Notes: a model not told the origin generated them from the letters alone. A stretch of DNA of 64,000 nucleotides from an uncultured Planctomycetaceae bacterium (GCA_963976765.1 CAXBME010000006.1:186001-250000), one strand, 5' to 3'. Shown: positions 1-9,682, counted from the first letter of the stretch. Numbers and translations are program-made.

Positions 1-400
1 AGAAAGAAACCTTCTTACCAAGCTTGAAGAATGGATCGGTGTCGAGCAGGTTGAAGCAGCGAGCGGTCGGACAAGTCATCACGTTCTGGCTGATGCGTAC
101 CAGTAGCGATCGTTCCAGAGCCTCAACTCGATCCTTGCGGAACCTGGGCACGTGGATCTGCACGATGGCTCCCGGTCGACCATCCGGCGTTTCGAACGAC
201 TCGTCACCGCCCGGACCGACATACCGATCCAGACCGGCTTCGCAATCGCACAGGATGGTGCTCGACGCGTTGCCGGTTGCTTCGCGGAGCGCATGGTCGA
301 GCCACTTTCGATCTCGAGCCGTGATCAGGAACTCGGCATAGATCGACCGAAAACCTTCGGCATAGGTGTCCTCAACTTCCGCTCGATGATTCTCTGACAT
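1..400 (-). CDS. fhcD: Formylmethanofuran--tetrahydromethanopterin N-formyltransferase (5' part; runs off the window edge)
   Basis: Not in ORF track. Manual translation from ATG at 400 gives MSENHRAEVEDTYAEGFRSIYAEFLITA...ATGNASSTILCDCEAGLD...TPDGRPG...RISQNVMTCPTARCFN, matching the Ftr/FhcD N-terminal motifs (DTFAEAF, EAG, TPDGRPG, LTCPT). Confidence 0.92.
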   Translation of the reverse strand, partial: MSENHRAEVEDTYAEGFRSIYAEFLITARDRKWLDHALREATGNASSTILCDCEAGLDRYVGPGGDESFETPDGRPGAIVQIHVPRFRKDRVEALERSLLVRISQNVMTCPTARCFNLLDTDPFFKLGKKVSF

Positions 401-480
401 CTCGATACTCCTTCATCCTGGTCAGTTCTCAGGCGAGTGCGGCGCCGTTCGGAAGCTCGCGTTCGCTCTCCCGCATTGCG

Positions 481-520
481 CAAACAAACGGCGGCCCCGT
501 TGGACCGCCGTTTGAAAAAA
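481..520 (-). terminator. Probable intrinsic terminator after the 540-1040 gene
   Basis: Stem CAAACGGCGG (485-494) / CCGCCGTTTG (505-514); GTTTGTTTG at the minus-strand 3' end. Confidence 0.55.
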
Positions 521-539
521 CTTCTCATTTGAAGGCGAC

Positions 540-1040
540 TTAGTCGTCATCTGGATCGTCGTCCAGGCCTTCCTCTTCATCATCGTCGTCGTCCTCGAAG
601 TCTGCGTCATCGACTTCGACATCTCCCAGTTCATCTTCGTCTTTCGGCGCGGATACTTTTCTGATGACGACATCATCGTCATCGTCTTCGTCCAGTACAG
701 GCTCGATGACCTGAACGCCGTCTCCGGAACCGGTGATCAACTCTTTGACCATCTGCATGAAGTAGAGCTTTTTGCCACGTCCCTGCAGAATCGCCAGCCG
801 TTCTTCGGCGGCTTCTTTCTGGTCGTACGGGTACCGGCCCTCTTCTTTCATGCTGCCGCTGTAGAGCACCCAGACCGCTCGTTTGCGTTCCGGAGCCTTC
901 TCGCGAACCTTGCGCGTGGCCGCTTTCTTACGAGTGGCCTTTTTCTTCTTCTTCGGGGTTTCTTCCGAATCATTGTCGGAAATCCCGGCCGCTTCTGCGG
1001 CGTCGTGCATTTTTCGAAGTTCAAGTCGACTCTTTGCCAT
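540..1040 (-). CDS. Hypothetical protein with a Lys/Arg-rich block, small globular core and very acidic tail
   Basis: Start revised to MAKSRLELRK at ATG 1040. Contains KKKKKATRKKAATRK and a D/E-rich C-terminus. Confidence 0.75.
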   Translation of the reverse strand: MAKSRLELRKMHDAAEAAGISDNDSEETPKKKKKATRKKAATRKVREKAPERKRAVWVLYSGSMKEEGRYPYDQKEAAEERLAILQGRGKKLYFMQMVKELITGSGDGVQVIEPVLDEDDDDDVVIRKVSAPKDEDELGDVEVDDADFEDDDDDEEEGLDDDPDDD

Positions 1041-1277
1041 CTTCGTTCTCACTACTGCCGCGGGCAGAACGTACTGAATCCGGACGATGCCGGCTGCGCT
1101 GCGATTTTCTGTACTGACTCCGAGTGCGATATTGAACGCACTGGATCGGCCAAACGGGGCCACAGGAAGTGTCAAAGAATAGCGAGACGAATTCCCGCTG
1201 ACCATCGTCCCGCCCGTCTGGAAGATGACCTCGCCCCGACGCCTGATCTGTTCCGGCACTCTTGACGTAACATCCTG

Positions 1278-1307
1278 TTGACACAGTGTTTCGGCCACGA
1301 ATATAAG
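1278..1307 (+). promoter_or_regulatory. Putative sigma70 promoter
   Basis: TTGACA-N18-TATAAG about 70 bp upstream of ATG 1380. Confidence 0.45.
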
Positions 1308-1379
1308 ATCCACCCGCCGAGCACAGAGAATTCACGCCGTCACCGCTCGGCCGCTCGATGGATCAGGATTGGACACTCG

Positions 1380-2408
1380 ATGGTCAAGGACGACCAGATT
1401 CACCCACAGGATTCCGACTGGCTGGCCGCTCCTCCGAGCAGCGGGTTGCCGCCGGAATTCCGACTGCTCTGCGTCGGCCCAACCGAACCCGACTGGATCG
1501 GCCTGACGCTGCAACTGGACGCTGTCGGGTGCAACGATCCGAAGTATCAGTGGGTCAGTTCCGCTTCGGAAGCGATGACGCTGCTGCGGAACGAGAACTT
1601 CGACTGCATCGTGATCGAGTGCTGGCCGACGAATCTCGACGACGTCAGGTGGGATGCTCCGGACCTCGTTCACGCCATCCGTGCATCCGGTTGCGGTGAC
1701 CCGATTGTTCTGCTGACACAGCAACCTGACGATGGCCTGACCGTCGAAGCGTGTACTTCACACTGTGAGATTCTTGTCTCATCGGCACTGTGGAGTTCGC
1801 GAGCCCTGGTTAACGTCATCCAGCAGAGCATTCGCCTGGTCGAGACCGCTCAACAGAACCACCACCACGCGGTGGCCAATCATCGCCGACTGGTTCGGGA
1901 ACGAGACGAAGCCGACCATCTACTCCGTCAGCAACGCGACATCATCCGGGAACTTGAAGCGATCACTCAGGGATCGTCCGACACCGAAGAAAACGACGCG
2001 AACGAACACCGAGCCAACAACGACGGCTCAGGAAAACTCAAGCGGTCACGTTCGCTGCAGATTCCCGACAAGATTAAGACGTACTATCACGAACTGCTCC
2101 GCACGTACGTCATCATGGGTTCCGGCAGCCTGGGCGGCGAGATCGCTCAACTGGCCAGCGTGCTGGCTGAAGTCGGACTGTCACCTCGCGACACGTTGTC
2201 ACTGCATCTTGAACAGGTCGAGCATCTTGTCAGCGGCCTGGGAAATCGCAGTAGCCGGCACGTGATGTCGCGAGCGGATCTGCTGGCCCTCGAACTAGTG
2301 ATTCACATCGGCGAGTGTTACCAGCAGGCCGTCGCCGCTTCTCTCGAACACGGCGCGGAAATTGGCGACAGCTTCGCACAAGCGGATAAGCCAACAGTCG
2401 CATTCTAA
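1380..2408 (+). CDS. Pseudo-receiver + coiled coil + KaiA-C/RsbU-N-like helical domain protein
   Basis: Receiver-like pattern SASEAMTLLRNENFDCIVIE...PIVLLT. C-terminal YHELLRTY...SPRDTLSLHLE...LALELVIHIGECY. Confidence 0.7.
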   Translation: MVKDDQIHPQDSDWLAAPPSSGLPPEFRLLCVGPTEPDWIGLTLQLDAVGCNDPKYQWVSSASEAMTLLRNENFDCIVIECWPTNLDDVRWDAPDLVHAIRASGCGDPIVLLTQQPDDGLTVEACTSHCEILVSSALWSSRALVNVIQQSIRLVETAQQNHHHAVANHRRLVRERDEADHLLRQQRDIIRELEAITQGSSDTEENDANEHRANNDGSGKLKRSRSLQIPDKIKTYYHELLRTYVIMGSGSLGGEIAQLASVLAEVGLSPRDTLSLHLEQVEHLVSGLGNRSSRHVMSRADLLALELVIHIGECYQQAVAASLEHGAEIGDSFAQADKPTVAF

Positions 2409-2705
2409 CTCTGTCGAGACAAACCCGGAGCATCGATGCGGCACGACGCTGAAGGTCGCCTCCGCGATTCACTCCGGCTTGCCGAACGGAAGACTTACCA
2501 GAATTCCTCTCATCGCTTGTCAACGACCGGAACACGCTTTCGTCGTCGAGGAATTTGCCTCGAAGATTCAGTGATCAACCTCCGCTACGCAGTAATCGGG
2601 GAAGACCACGTCGGTGCGTCACGAGTTTGACTGACCCGACAACGAGAACAGCTCGCAATTCCCCTGAGGTAAATCCCCCAACCGCTGAAACCCGCAACCG
2701 TTCTT

Positions 2706-2733
2706 TCAGCGTCAATCTTTCTGTGACCGATAC
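2706..2733 (+). promoter_or_regulatory. Possible sigma28 (FliA)-like promoter for fliD
   Basis: TCAG-N16-ACCGATAC versus consensus TAAA-N15-GCCGATAA; weak -35 match. Confidence 0.25.
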
Positions 2734-2782
2734 TTGACAGGTTGTGAAACGCGGGGCCGGTACTGCGCGCCGCCCTTCAAAC

Positions 2783-2801
2783 GAATTGTTAAAAACAATT
2801 C
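2783..2801. promoter_or_regulatory. AT-rich inverted repeat upstream of fliD (possible operator or leader hairpin)
   Basis: GAATTGTT-AAA-AACAATTC, perfect 8-bp arms. Confidence 0.35.
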
Positions 2802-2837
2802 CAGCGTGAGTCCTTGTGTTCCTGTCAGTGAATCCTC

Positions 2838-5573
2838 ATGTCTTCGATCAGATCGACCGTCGGGCTGAACAGTGGAATCGACATCGCCGGGATCACGTCC
2901 CAGCTGATTTCGCTTCAACGCGCGCCGGCTCGAGTGATGGAAGCCAGGATCGACGGCTACAAAGGTCTCAAACTGGGAATCGAGGCGCTCGAGACGAACG
3001 TCCTGCAGATTTCCTCGGCAGTGAATGCGCTGAACCTGCCAACAACTTTCAAAGCAGTCACCACGACGAATTCTGACACGAACCAACTGACCGTTTCCGC
3101 AAACTCCGATGCGACGCTGGGTTCGTACGCGTTTCAGACGTTACGACTCGCGACGGCTGAACAGCGAACATCAAAAGGCTTTGCCAATGCGGACGAACAG
3201 AAAATCGGAGCTGGCACGCTGACATTTTCGCAGGGCGGGAAGCTGGCGACGTCCACCCGCCTGGACACGTTCAACGGCGGCGAGGCGGTGCAGCGAGGAT
3301 CAATCAGAATCACCGATCGTTCGGGAACTTCTGCAACGATTGACCTCACAAAAGCCTACACGATCGACGACGTTCTGAGCGCAATCAACGACGACAACAG
3401 CCTGTCAATCACCGCCAGCACATCCGGCGGACAGATTATCCTCACCGATACTTCAGGCAGTACAACGTCGAATCTGATCGTCGAAGAAATTGGCACCGGG
3501 ACAACGGCGACTGATCTGGGCATTCAGCAGTCCGTCGCGGCGAGCACGCTGACTGGCAACGAAGTCTACTACCTGACCGAAGATTTCACCCTCGACCAGC
3601 TCAACGATGGCAACGGTGTGTTCCAGTTTGACGGTGCTGACGATCTAAGGTTTACCACAACCGACGGCACGCAAATCGATGTGAATCTTGACAACGTCTT
3701 TGATCTCGGAGAGCTGATCAGCGCCATCAATGACGATTCAGCCAACGGTGGTAAACTGACGGCGTCACTTTCAAATGGGCGGCTGGTCCTGACAGACAAT
3801 GCAGCAGGCGGCGGAACGCTGACCGTCGAAGACATCAACAGTGGGAAGTCCGTCGCGGCACTCGGGCTTGATAACGCCGCCGTTGGGAATACGCTGACAG
3901 GTGACCGGCTGCTGGCTGGTCTTGGCTCTAAGCTGATCCGGAATCTGAACGGCGGTCAGGGCATCACCACACCGGGCAGCATCACTGTCACGGATCGATC
4001 AGGGCTGACCGCGACGCTGGATCTCAGCGGCGCCGAATCGCTGGACGAAATTCTGAACGCGATCAACGGAGCGGTTGACGACACAACCAGCGATCCGCTC
4101 TCACTGACCGCTCGGTACAACGAACTCGGGACCGGCATCGAAGTCGTTGATTCGTCCGGCGCGACAGCCAGCAATCTGATCATTGCAGATGTTGGAGGCG
4201 GCTCCGTCGCAGCCGATCTGGGGCTGACTGTCAACGCCGCCAGCACGTCTGTTGACTCCGGCTCGCTCGGTGTGCGACGGATCGGACTGCAAACTTCACT
4301 CAATGACTTTACCGCTGACGGAGAAAGCGTCGCGTCCGGGTCGTTCCTGATTACAGACTCAGCCGGCAATCAGGAGTCGATCGCGATCTCGTCATCCGCA
4401 ACGAACATTGCCGACATTCTGCAACGAATCAACGCGGCATCCATCGTTCAGGTGACCGCACGGTTGAATGACACCGGCGACGGGTTTGTCATTGAAGACA
4501 ACGCTGCCGGTGCCGGGGCATTGACTATCGAAGAGGTCGGCAGCACGACTGCGGCGGACCTGAGGATCCTCGGCACCGGAGTTGTTGGCTCTGGCGGCAA
4601 TCAGGAGATCTCCGCTCGCGATCAAACCGTCATCACAATTGATGCCGACGACACGCTGGATTCACTTGTCACAAAGATCAACGACGCAAATCTCGGAGTC
4701 AGCGCCGGCGTTTTCAACGATGGTTCCGCATTCAATTCCTTTCGCCTTTCGCTAACGTCGGGAAAGACCGGAACGGCTGGCAGTTTCATCATTGACGATG
4801 GAGATCTGAATCTTGGCCTGACGGTTGGAACGCAGGCTCAGGACGCGCTGCTTCAGGTGGGATCATCGCCAGCGACATCGTTCCTGATCGGTTCGAGCAG
4901 CAACCAGTTCAACAATGTCGCGTCCGGCGTCAGCGTAACAGCCAAATCCGTTGGCACGAGCGCGGCCAATGTCGAAGTCGCTCGTGACAACTCCAAAGCA
5001 AAGAATGCGATCAAGTCGCTGGTTGCCGCGTACAACTCGTACATCACCACCACGGACCAGTTGACAAAGTTTGATGCCGATCCAACCAAGCGTGGCATCC
5101 TGCAGGGGCAGGGGATTGTGCTCCGAGTGACGACTCGATTGAACGATCTGATCAACAAATCCTACTTCGGCTCCAACGAGTCGATTCGAAGTCTGGCCGA
5201 TCTCGGTGTTCGATCGACGGAAGGCGGAAAACTGGAATTCGACGAAAGTGTCTTCGACGATGTGGTCGAAGAATCGCCGAACGCCGTGCAGACGTTCTTT
5301 CGCGATACGAACAACGGAGTTGCCGCCAAGTTCAAGACTACGCTGGAAACGCTGACCGACAGCTTCACCGGGACCTTCGCCAACGAAAAGAACGGTCTGG
5401 ATAATTCGATCGGTGCCCTGGAAAATCGAGTCGAGCAAATCGACGCGGTGCTGGCTATCCGCCAGGAACGACTGCTGCGGCAATTCATCCAGATGGAAGA
5501 AATCATCGGCCAGCTTCAGACACAGGGCGAATCGATTGCGGCCCTGCTCAGCTCCAGTAATTCGTCGAAGTAG
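2838..5573 (+). CDS. fliD: Flagellar filament capping protein (long form with inserted repeats)
   Basis: N-terminal GLNSGIDIAGITSQL, QAQDALL, C-terminal RQERLLRQFIQMEEIIGQLQTQ, and several flagellin-hook IN motifs. Confidence 0.93.
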   Translation: MSSIRSTVGLNSGIDIAGITSQLISLQRAPARVMEARIDGYKGLKLGIEALETNVLQISSAVNALNLPTTFKAVTTTNSDTNQLTVSANSDATLGSYAFQTLRLATAEQRTSKGFANADEQKIGAGTLTFSQGGKLATSTRLDTFNGGEAVQRGSIRITDRSGTSATIDLTKAYTIDDVLSAINDDNSLSITASTSGGQIILTDTSGSTTSNLIVEEIGTGTTATDLGIQQSVAASTLTGNEVYYLTEDFTLDQLNDGNGVFQFDGADDLRFTTTDGTQIDVNLDNVFDLGELISAINDDSANGGKLTASLSNGRLVLTDNAAGGGTLTVEDINSGKSVAALGLDNAAVGNTLTGDRLLAGLGSKLIRNLNGGQGITTPGSITVTDRSGLTATLDLSGAESLDEILNAINGAVDDTTSDPLSLTARYNELGTGIEVVDSSGATASNLIIADVGGGSVAADLGLTVNAASTSVDSGSLGVRRIGLQTSLNDFTADGESVASGSFLITDSAGNQESIAISSSATNIADILQRINAASIVQVTARLNDTGDGFVIEDNAAGAGALTIEEVGSTTAADLRILGTGVVGSGGNQEISARDQTVITIDADDTLDSLVTKINDANLGVSAGVFNDGSAFNSFRLSLTSGKTGTAGSFIIDDGDLNLGLTVGTQAQDALLQVGSSPATSFLIGSSSNQFNNVASGVSVTAKSVGTSAANVEVARDNSKAKNAIKSLVAAYNSYITTTDQLTKFDADPTKRGILQGQGIVLRVTTRLNDLINKSYFGSNESIRSLADLGVRSTEGGKLEFDESVFDDVVEESPNAVQTFFRDTNNGVAAKFKTTLETLTDSFTGTFANEKNGLDNSIGALENRVEQIDAVLAIRQERLLRQFIQMEEIIGQLQTQGESIAALLSSSNSSK

Positions 5574-5633
5574 GGTGCTTGCCACTTCGTTGACCGTCGA
5601 TGAACTTCAAGAATCGATCGCGCATTTCTCAAT

Positions 5634-6002
5634 CTACTCGCCGCACGCTCCGCCGCAGGAAGGAGTGTCGTCTGGCGATGACGCGTCCTTTTTCTCCGGG
5701 AGCTGAACTTCGATCATGCCGGCTTCCACCCGGACCGGATAGCAATCAGTCTTGATCTTCGGATTATCGAGCCACGTGCCGTCTTTCACGCTGAACCGCC
5801 AGGCGTGCCAGGGACAACTGACGGCATAATCCTCGACATAGCCGCTGGCCAGTGACGCCCCCATGTGAGGACAGAAGTCGTTTATCGCGAAGTACTCGCC
5901 GTCAAGCAGGTACACGCCGACCATGCGGCCTTCGACAGCAAACGCGCGTCCTTCACCTTCCGGCACTGCTCCTTCTTTGGCCACTTTGAAGAACTTCGAC
6001 AT
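5634..6002 (-). CDS. Rieske [2Fe-2S] ferredoxin (NirD/dioxygenase ferredoxin-like)
   Basis: CPHMGASL and CPWHAWRF Rieske motifs. Confidence 0.92.
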   Translation of the reverse strand: MSKFFKVAKEGAVPEGEGRAFAVEGRMVGVYLLDGEYFAINDFCPHMGASLASGYVEDYAVSCPWHAWRFSVKDGTWLDNPKIKTDCYPVRVEAGMIEVQLPEKKDASSPDDTPSCGGACGE

Positions 6003-6064
6003 ACAACGATTCCGTGTTTCGGTGCGGGATTTTCAACGGGAAAGCCAGTTGTGAAAACGACGGC

Positions 6065-6574
6065 TCAGAACTTTTCGTGAGATGAACCGCCGTCGGTCAA
6101 TTCGGCAATGTCTGGCGAGTCTGAGCCTTTGCCTTTTCGCAAGTACCACAAGGGGTCTCCGGGGTGAACTTCCGGCAACGGCTGATGAGTGAGCATGCGA
6201 ATTCGCCGCGCCCATAACGCCACAAGAATGATCAGAATCAGAAACACGATGCAGATCAGGCTGAGAACCAGTAGCCCGGCGAGCGCCGATTTTCGAAGAT
6301 TCACTTTCCTCTTCTCCTGCTCGGCCACTTTCCGACGCCGCTCGATACGTTCTTTTTCGGATTCGGCATCGACCGCAGCGGCGGCGACGATTGCCGGTGC
6401 CACAGTCTCGTTCTGACGAAGGGACAATTCGACCGCGGCTTCCGCATCAACTTCTGCAGATCTTCCCGCTGCGTCATCCTGTGAAAATGCGGCACTCACC
6501 AGCGTGAAGCCAACCACCGCCGTCAGCAACGCCGTCACGGAAAAACTGAGTTGATTGCTTCGTCGAATCATCAT
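6065..6574 (-). CDS. Hypothetical membrane protein
   Basis: Signal-like N-terminus (start MMIRRS at 6574), charged helix and a long C-terminal hydrophobic segment. Confidence 0.65.
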   Translation of the reverse strand: MMIRRSNQLSFSVTALLTAVVGFTLVSAAFSQDDAAGRSAEVDAEAAVELSLRQNETVAPAIVAAAAVDAESEKERIERRRKVAEQEKRKVNLRKSALAGLLVLSLICIVFLILIILVALWARRIRMLTHQPLPEVHPGDPLWYLRKGKGSDSPDIAELTDGGSSHEKF

Positions 6575-6686
6575 GCTTCCTCGACCGTCCGCCGTGCATT
6601 CTTCGAGAATCAGCTTTGTCAGAATCGCGACTGACCAGGAGACTGTTCGAACCAGTGAGGCGTCGGTTGCTCGCCGAAACTGTTTC

Positions 6687-7067
6687 TTACTCAGTTGCTG
6701 TGCCCGGAGGCGTGCAGAGTTCAATCGCGTGCCCGTCCGGATCAGTCACGTAAATCTGGTACGCACCGTCAGGGCGAGTCCTTCGTTCTTCGTAGGGAAT
6801 GTTGTTCTCGCGGAAGTAGTTTTCCCACTCGTCCATGCTGTCGATCATCAAAGCGTAGTGGTTGCCTCGACTGTGAGAGTTGGTTTCGACGTCACGGCCA
6901 CCGATCAGATGCAGTTCCTGAACTTCGCCAAGCAGGTACCACGCTCCCGGAAATTTGAACGCCGGTCGTGGAATCTTTTTCAGTTGCAGAACATTTTCGT
7001 AAAACTCGCAACTCTTCTCGACGTCTTTGACGTGCAACGCAACGTGGTTCAACTCAAGAAATTTCAT
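6687..7067 (-). CDS. VOC/glyoxalase family protein
   Basis: LNHVALHVKDVEKS...ELHLI...NHYAL...YVTDPDGHAIEL; start MKFLEL at 7067. Confidence 0.92.
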   Translation of the reverse strand: MKFLELNHVALHVKDVEKSCEFYENVLQLKKIPRPAFKFPGAWYLLGEVQELHLIGGRDVETNSHSRGNHYALMIDSMDEWENYFRENNIPYEERRTRPDGAYQIYVTDPDGHAIELCTPPGTATE

Positions 7068-7252
7068 GACGATCCCGTGCTGATTAATGATCTGTTCTTC
7101 ACTGAAACGTGCCACATTGTAGAGGGTAACGAGTAAGTCGAGCACCGTTTGAGCTGTGCCGCGCGGAGTTCTTCCGGAAAACTCTGTGTTCCGGACACGT
7201 GTTCCAGCAGACTTTGAAGCCTGGCCGCTGCTTAGCAGCGCGGCGAATTTTC

Positions 7253-8785
7253 TCAACGAGGCGTAACGGCCTGTGCAGCCCGGTGAATTTTCTCCAGAGT
7301 GGCTCGGGCAGCTTCGGACACCGCCCTGTTTCGATCAGACAGGCAGTTCTGAATTGAATCAGCAGCCGATTCGGCATGAGCCGCCAACTGCCCCAACGCC
7401 TCAAGCGTCACCAGCTTCAGTGCGTCGTCACTGGAAGAAAAATTGTCGACGAGCCGCGGAATATCGCCTTTCACGGAAGCTCCCATTTGTGCCAACGCTC
7501 CGATAACCGACTGCACAACGGAAGCGTCCGGATCTTTCAATGCCGCAATCAGCGACGGAGCGGTCCGACTGGCCAACGGGCCAATTGCCCCCAACGCCTT
7601 TGCCGCCGCTTCACGAATCTCCGCATCGGGACTGTCCAGAAGAGTGACGATCCTGTCGACGTGCTGAGCCGCTGCGCCGCCGATCTGTCCGAGCGACTTT
7701 CCCGCTGCCAGCTGAATCGCCTGATACTTGTCAGAAAGAAGTTCGACCAGCCCGGTCGCTCCTGCGTCCGCTGCGGGGCCGATTCGACCAACCGCTTCAG
7801 CCGCAGAACGTCGAACGCTGCCTCGGCTATCCACCAGAAGATTCAGCAGCCGGCGCACAGTCGCTTGATCCCTGCACCCAACCAGGCCCGCCGCGCGTGC
7901 TGCGGCTTCGCGCACGCCCCAGTCGCGATCATCCAGACACCTCGCAATCCCCTCTTCAGCCTCTATCGACGCCGGGCCAATACCGCCCAACGCTTCCATC
8001 ACTGCCTGCCGCAGATCCCGCGACGGATGCTCGACGAAAGTGCTCAACGGACCGACGGCTTTTTCGGCATCGGTTCCCATCTTTCCCAGAGCCTGAGCTG
8101 TTGCGACCTGAACTCCAACGTCGTCGTGGTTGAGCTGTTCGATCAGAGTCGGCACAAACACTCGAGTAATAGGACCAATTTTTCCGACGGCGTTGCTTGC
8201 CGCTTCACGAACCACTTTCTCGTGATGCCCGACCAGCCCCATCAACTGTGGGACTGCTGACTTCGCGGGTGGACCGATTCTGCCCAAAGCGGTCGCCGCC
8301 GCTGCCGCCTCTTTGGCATGGTCTGATTTCAAATGGCCAGCGACCGGTTCGACGCACTCTGCGGCTCCGGAACCAACGGCTCCGATTGCGGTCAACACGG
8401 CCACTCGCAACTCGACAACCGACGAATCCAACTGCCGCACCAGAAGTGGAAGAGCTGGCGCTGATGCCGGGCCGGCAATGGTTAATGCTTTCGCCGCAGC
8501 CCGCTGAGCAGGCGGAAAAGGTCGAGCCACCTGCCGCATGGCCGGTTCGACGATGATTCCTCCGAGTGACTTAATCGCCGCCTGAACCTCGTTCCGGGTG
8601 TCTGGATCAGACAACTCCAGAAGTTTGAGCAGTTGCTGCGCGGCGGAACTCGATGGGGAACTGCCAAGCTTCTGCACTGCCTTTGCCCGGACATTTGGTG
8701 GCAGCAGTTTCGTACGGGCGACCAGCCCGAATAACGCATTCATCACTCGCTCCCCGACTGGCCCGAATACCGAATCACTCAACAC
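7253..8785 (-). CDS. HEAT/PBS-lyase repeat protein
   Basis: Many repeats of the type VRxAAAxALGxIGPxAxxAVPxL. Confidence 0.9.
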   Translation of the reverse strand: MLSDSVFGPVGERVMNALFGLVARTKLLPPNVRAKAVQKLGSSPSSSAAQQLLKLLELSDPDTRNEVQAAIKSLGGIIVEPAMRQVARPFPPAQRAAAKALTIAGPASAPALPLLVRQLDSSVVELRVAVLTAIGAVGSGAAECVEPVAGHLKSDHAKEAAAAATALGRIGPPAKSAVPQLMGLVGHHEKVVREAASNAVGKIGPITRVFVPTLIEQLNHDDVGVQVATAQALGKMGTDAEKAVGPLSTFVEHPSRDLRQAVMEALGGIGPASIEAEEGIARCLDDRDWGVREAAARAAGLVGCRDQATVRRLLNLLVDSRGSVRRSAAEAVGRIGPAADAGATGLVELLSDKYQAIQLAAGKSLGQIGGAAAQHVDRIVTLLDSPDAEIREAAAKALGAIGPLASRTAPSLIAALKDPDASVVQSVIGALAQMGASVKGDIPRLVDNFSSSDDALKLVTLEALGQLAAHAESAADSIQNCLSDRNRAVSEAARATLEKIHRAAQAVTPR

Positions 8786-9238
8786 TGGCCGGTATTATGC
8801 GAGTGACATCGGAGAATTCACCAAATCAGCTGGTGGATCCTTACCTGCCGGACACCTTACCCCCACGACAAACTCAGTGAAAACCCAGGGGATTGCCTCG
8901 TGAAATCGTCTCAGGATGTCGAACCTGCACCGGCTCCGCAACGGTGTCAACGCGACTGGACAATCCGACCTGGATTCATAATTCTGTGCTCGTCTTCACG
9001 TTTTTTCGCAACTAATCAGCGTTTCAAGAGGTCCAACCTGCGGTCTGGCCGGCAGAAAACCTGTTCAAAATCAGGTAGACGAACCTCACCAGATCTGGCG
9101 AAAAATCTTAAGCAGGTTAAGAACCTGTTTGATGGCGAGGCGCCGGCGGGCTCGAAGTCGATCGGAAAAGATTTCGATCAACAGGTTGCAAAATGGTCGC
9201 AGCAGACTTCAGGACTGTAGGATTTGAGGTAATCAGTC

Positions 9239-9682
9239 ATGCCCACCTGGCCCGGAGGCCCCTGCCCCGACTGCCTGCAGGATATGCCTGCCAATCTGAT
9301 CCACTGTCAGTTCTGTCGAGCGCTCCTGAACCCGGACCTGTATCGCAGCGACGTGGAAGTTCCGGCGTTCTTTGAGTTGAAGGAGATCGACAACGTGATC
9401 GACGTCGAAGTCGCAGGATATTACCTGGTCTGTCCGCATTGCACGGAAGAGTTGCGCATCAACCGAAAATACGCTGGCGTCAGCGTGGCGTGCAAACACT
9501 GCAGCGGCCAGTTCCAGATTGACCTCGCCAGTCCGCGCATCAGAACAAAAGCGTTTTACGCCGCGTGCGGCCACTGCGACAAAGAACTGCGAGTCGCTCC
9601 GAAATACCTGGGCATGAAAGTCGCCTGCAAATTCTGCGATGGCCACGTCCGAATCCAGACGAACTCAGAAACCATGCGTTGA
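9239..9682 (+). CDS. Triple zinc-ribbon protein
   Basis: Six CxxC motifs (CPDC, CQFC, CPHC, CKHC, CGHC, CKFC); the last two ribbons are tandem copies. GAGG RBS upstream. Confidence 0.85.
   Translation: MPTWPGGPCPDCLQDMPANLIHCQFCRALLNPDLYRSDVEVPAFFELKEIDNVIDVEVAGYYLVCPHCTEELRINRKYAGVSVACKHCSGQFQIDLASPRIRTKAFYAACGHCDKELRVAPKYLGMKVACKFCDGHVRIQTNSETMR

Noticed and set aside
8900..9220. 106-aa ORF in the HEAT / Zn-ribbon intergenic region
   Set aside because: No motif and atypical composition; the region is better explained as regulatory.
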